Source of the DNA: an uncultured Holophagae bacterium
Lineage (GTDB): Bacteria > Acidobacteriota > Thermoanaerobaculia > Thermoanaerobaculales > Sulfomarinibacteraceae
NCBI GenBank assembly: GCA_963797055.1
Contig: CAWCOD010000011.1
Span: 37,538-101,537, forward strand
Length of the DNA stretch: 64,000 nt
Direction of reading: 5' to 3'
Below, piece after piece: positions 60,424 to 64,000 of the stretch (position 1 is its first letter; the number at the start of each line of letters is the position of its first letter). Made by a program: the position numbers and the translations under genes. The notes beneath the pieces are model-generated. The model saw only the letters and a program-made list of their open reading frames with translations. It had not been told where the DNA came from and searched no databases.

Positions 60424-60998
60424 CTCGCATCTCCCAACTCGGCCCGCAATCTGTGCACCGCACGGTGTAGCTGCGTCTTGACCGTCCCAACGTGCACGCC
60501 GAGCGCGCCCGCGATCTCCTCGAGTTCGAGTTCCGCGTAGAACCGAAGACGGAAGATCTCTCGCTGCCGCTCCGGCAGGTCCCGCTCGAGGAGGGCCAGG
60601 CGATCAACCGCCTGCCGCTGCATGGTCCGGTCCAACGGTCCGGCCGTATCATCGGCAAGCTCGGTGAGGATGTCGTTTCCCTCTTCTTCACCGACAACAT
60701 CGGCTTTCAGACCCTGGCGGCGGCGGCGGCGAAGTTCGTCCAGGCTGGTGTTGATGGCGATCCGCGTCAGCCAGGTGGTGAAGGCCGATCTGCCGTCGAA
60801 TAACTCGAGGTTGGTATAGGCCTTCACCAAGGTGTCCTGGGCGGCCGCATCGGCATCATCCGTTCCGACGTACTGACGACACACCCGCCATACTCGTTGC
60901 TGATGGCGCACCACCAGCTCCGAGAAAGCGTCGCGATCCCCGTTTCGAGCCCGCATGACGAGGGCGTCGTCGGACTCCGAGGGATCTCGACTGGGCAT
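60420..60998 (-). CDS. ECF sigma-70 factor
   Basis: GDRDAFSELV, AFTTWLTRIAIN, LPERQR, GTVKTQLHRA. Confidence 0.93.
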   Translation of the reverse strand: MPSRDPSESDDALVMRARNGDRDAFSELVVRHQQRVWRVCRQYVGTDDADAAAQDTLVKAYTNLELFDGRSAFTTWLTRIAINTSLDELRRRRRQGLKADVVGEEEGNDILTELADDTAGPLDRTMQRQAVDRLALLERDLPERQREIFRLRFYAELELEEIAGALGVHVGTVKTQLHRAVHRLRAELGDAR

Positions 60999-61077
60999 AC
61001 TTACTGCTCGCAACACGTTGGTTTGACGAAACCCGGCCGTTCGCGTTGACAGTCTTCCATCGCCTTCCAGGGTACCG

Positions 61078-61475
61078 CCACCCCCTCCCACCCTCCCATT
61101 GCGAATTGCGAATTGCAGATTGCAGATTCCCCCACCCACCCGGAGCGAAGTGGGAGGACGTGCGACTCCAGGCACCTTGAAGTTGAAAGTTGAAAGTTAA
61201 ACGTTGAACGTTTCCACCCACCCTCCCGGGTCGTGAAAGGGCGCGATGGGCGGGCGTGCCGTCTTTAACAATGTTGGGGCTCGCCAACTGAGTCATTCAG
61301 CCCTTTGGGTCCCAACATTGTTAAAGGGGGCAACCTCGGGTAGCGCTGTGGGGAGATGGGCGCGGTGAGGGGCCGGAGGCTCGATTGTGGCCGGCTTGGG
61401 GTCCTTCATTGCGCCCCGGTTCTTTGTCGCGCTTCCCGCGAGGATGCCAGGCACCTCCGAGAGACGCGCCCTCGG
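61078..61475. repeat. Composite repeat: cores, (TTGCAGA)n, (TTGAAAG)n, co-varying hairpin, GCGC/GGGAGATGGGCGCG and GGATGCCAGGCACC modules
   Basis: 61130-61335 is collinear with 43128-43352. Confidence 0.9.
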
Positions 61476-61499
61476 GCTAGGCCGTGGCGCCAGATTCCG

Positions 61500-62375
61500 T
61501 CACTTCGGAACGGCCACCTTGATCGCCTTTGGCAGGACCTCGAAACGGGCCAGGGGCGGCTCGAGCACCGCCTGATCACCGTCAACGTGCATCGGCAGGG
61601 GCCGATCGAAACGCATTTCGAGCCACGGTGCTTGCAGCTCGACGGTTCCCTCCATGGTGCCGAGGGTGCCCTTCATGGCCGCAAGCAGCCGCGGCACCCG
61701 ACCCAGCGGCCCGATACCAGGGACCAGTGTGGCATCCAACAAACCGTCATCCGGAATCGCCCGCGGAGCGAGGTTGAAGCCGCCGCCGCTGGTGGGTCCA
61801 CCGTGGACCGCGAGGATCGTCATCGCCCCCTCGTACCGATGGTCCTCAGTGGTGATGACGACCGGCGGTGATTCGAATCGCACCAAGGACACAAAGGCGG
61901 TTATGAGGTAGGCGGCGAGACCGCGGATCACCTTGATCCTGGCGGCGCGGGCGCTGATGTCACCGAGCAGACCCACCCCGATGGCGTTGAGAACTACGTG
62001 GTCGCCGATCCGGATGAGGTCCACCTCGCGGGAGGTTCCATCCGCCGCCGCGGCGGCGGCCTGACGCCAGTCGAGAGGAATTCCCAGGGTTCGGGCGATG
62101 TCGTTGCCGGTGCCCAGCGGCACCATGCAGAGCGTGCCGCCGCCGGCGCGCCACAGGCCCCCGGCCACTTGGTTGGTGGTGCCGTCTCCACCGACGGCGA
62201 CCACCCGCTCATGACCGTCCTCGACGGCCCGCCGGGCCAATTCGATGGCGTGCCACGGCCCCTCGGTGAAGACCACCTCCCCATCGACACCGAGCTCGCG
62301 CAACCGATCCTGATGGCCGGGCCACTCCCGTCCCAGGCGACCCCCGGCGGCTGCCGGATTGACTATGATTTTCAT
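61500..62375 (-). CDS. Diacylglycerol kinase family lipid kinase (YegS/DAGK-like)
   Basis: IVNPAAAGG, VGGDGT, PLGTGND, DDGLLD, HVDGD. Confidence 0.93.
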   Translation of the reverse strand: MKIIVNPAAAGGRLGREWPGHQDRLRELGVDGEVVFTEGPWHAIELARRAVEDGHERVVAVGGDGTTNQVAGGLWRAGGGTLCMVPLGTGNDIARTLGIPLDWRQAAAAAADGTSREVDLIRIGDHVVLNAIGVGLLGDISARAARIKVIRGLAAYLITAFVSLVRFESPPVVITTEDHRYEGAMTILAVHGGPTSGGGFNLAPRAIPDDGLLDATLVPGIGPLGRVPRLLAAMKGTLGTMEGTVELQAPWLEMRFDRPLPMHVDGDQAVLEPPLARFEVLPKAIKVAVPK

Positions 62376-62541
62376 TCACACACTCTAACAAACTTAAATC
62401 CAACGACTTCAGGGATCAGCGGGCGCACGGGTCAGCGGCGGGAGCCGATTGCCGTTCAGCCGTTTGTCCTGTCCGTGTATGCTATCCGCCGAAACCTGAG
62501 TGCGGCATGCCGCGACCGCCAATTCACAATGGGATGAGGTC

Positions 62542-64000
62542 ATGGATTTTTTCCACATTGCAATCGTGATTCTCTTCGGACTGGCCATTTCGGACCTGGT
62601 TGTGGGCGTCTCCAACGACGCGGTCAATTTCCTCAACTCGTCCATCGGCTCCCGGGTCGCACCGCGGCACGTCATCATGATCATCGCCAGTCTCGGGATG
62701 CTCGCGGGGGTGACGTTCTCCTCCGGAATGATGGAGGTGGCTCGCAAGGGCATCTTCCACCCCGAGTACTTCACCATGCCCGAGCTCATGGTGGTCTTCA
62801 TCGCCGTCATGCTCACCGACGTCATCCTGCTCGATCTCTACAACACCTTCGGCCTGCCCACCTCCACCACCGTTTCCATCGTCTTCGAATTACTCGGGGC
62901 GGCGGTTGCCGTGGCACTCCTGAAGGTCCTCCAGGCCGGAGACGCCCTGAGTCAGATCATCGAATACATCAACACCGCCAAGGCTCTGGCCATCATCGGG
63001 GGCATCCTGCTTTCGGTTGCCGTCGCCTTCGTGGTCGGAGCCGTGATTCAGTTCGCGACCCGACTCATATTCACCTTCAACTACGAATCCCGTCTCAAGC
63101 GTTATGGCGCCCTGTGGGGTGGTGCGGCCCTGTCATCGATCACCTATTTCATCCTGATCAAGGGATCCAAGGGCGCCTCATTCATCACCCCGGAGACCCT
63201 CGCCTGGATCAAGGGGCACACCGGCCTGATCCTGCTCGGGTCGTTCATTGTGTCGGCGGTGTTCCTGCAACTGTTGTTGATGTTCACGAAGGTGAACATC
63301 CTCAAGCTGATCGTGCTGGTGGGCACCTTCGCCCTGGCAATGGCCTTCGCCGCCAACGATCTCGTGAACTTCATCGGCGTCCCTCTGGCCGGACTCAGCG
63401 CCTACCAGGAGGCCGCGGCCACCTCCGACATCCTGAACACCACCATGGAGGCACTCAAACAACCTGTTCGATCCAACACCCTGTTCTTGCTGATCGCCGG
63501 AATGATCATGGTGGTAACCCTGTGGTTCTCACGCAAGGCCCGTTCGGTGACCAAGACCGAAGTCCGACTCGGCCGCCAAGACGAAGGGTTCGAGCGCTTC
63601 GAGTCAACCCTGCTGTCACAGACCGTGGTGCGGGCGGCGGCATCGCTGCTCGAAAACACCAGCCGGCTCTTCCCGCGAGGCGTCCGCCGGGCGGTCGCCC
63701 GGAGGCTCGATCGGTCCAAGTTCCGCCCGAAGCCACTGCCCGACGGTACGGTGCCGTCCTTTGATCTGGTCCGGGCCTCGGTCAACCTGATGGTCGCCAG
63801 CGCTCTGATCTCGCTCGCGACCTCGTTCAAGCTGCCCCTGTCCACCACCTACGTCACCTTCATGGTGGCCATGGGCACCTCGCTGTCGGACCAGGCCTGG
63901 GGCCGCGACAGCGCGGTCTACCGGGTCAGCGGCGTACTCACGGTCATTGGTGGTTGGTTCTTCACCGCCATGATGGCCTTTACGGTGTCCTTCACCTTCG
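62542..64000 (+). CDS. Inorganic phosphate transporter (PiT family), truncated by the window end
   Basis: Manual translation: MDFFHIAIVILFGLAISDLVVGVSNDAVNFLNS, GLPTSTTVS, AFAANDLVNFIG, KLPLSTTYVTF. Confidence 0.92.
   Translation, partial: MDFFHIAIVILFGLAISDLVVGVSNDAVNFLNSSIGSRVAPRHVIMIIASLGMLAGVTFSSGMMEVARKGIFHPEYFTMPELMVVFIAVMLTDVILLDLYNTFGLPTSTTVSIVFELLGAAVAVALLKVLQAGDALSQIIEYINTAKALAIIGGILLSVAVAFVVGAVIQFATRLIFTFNYESRLKRYGALWGGAALSSITYFILIKGSKGASFITPETLAWIKGHTGLILLGSFIVSAVFLQLLLMFTKVNILKLIVLVGTFALAMAFAANDLVNFIGVPLAGLSAYQEAAATSDILNTTMEALKQPVRSNTLFLLIAGMIMVVTLWFSRKARSVTKTEVRLGRQDEGFERFESTLLSQTVVRAAASLLENTSRLFPRGVRRAVARRLDRSKFRPKPLPDGTVPSFDLVRASVNLMVASALISLATSFKLPLSTTYVTFMVAMGTSLSDQAWGRDSAVYRVSGVLTVIGGWFFTAMMAFTVSFTF

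Noticed and set aside
62380-62402. Possible Pho box (ctaacaaacttaaat) upstream of the PiT gene
   Set aside because: Weak match without a clear 11-bp direct repeat.

Overview
GC-rich bacterial chromosomal window. Gene content and protein style suggest Acidobacteriota, possibly Thermoanaerobaculia; this is inference only. It holds about 50 genes. Core genes: deoD, panG-like/panB/panC/panD, mnmA, rsgA, manC, holA-like, dksA-like, rlmH, rsfS, nadD, obgE, rpmA, rplU. Signalling genes: a Ser/Thr kinase-TPR, two sigma-54 response regulators, a PDZ/PAS histidine kinase and two ECF sigma factors. Envelope and metabolic genes fill the rest. No rRNA, tRNA, CRISPR array, transposase or integrase was recognised. 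Three things stand out. (1) Most long intergenic regions are built from a shared kit of shuffled, nested palindromic and tandem-repeat modules. These include a hairpin whose arms co-vary between copies, filled versus empty insertion sites, and different 7-mer tracts punctuated by a constant CCCRCCCACCCGG motif. (2) A divergent gene pair encodes an atypical class III nucleotidyl-cyclase-like protein and a cNMP-binding/DUF4388-like protein, both altered at canonical residues. (3) A secreted protein with a frameshift-hidden C-terminal VPVELMEFSIQ tail lies upstream of a double-parvulin lipoprotein and a Thr-type sulfatase-like TPR protein. About nine single-base indels between 12.6 and 19.7 kb are probably sequencing or assembly errors. 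All calls are by eye from motifs; no database searches were run.
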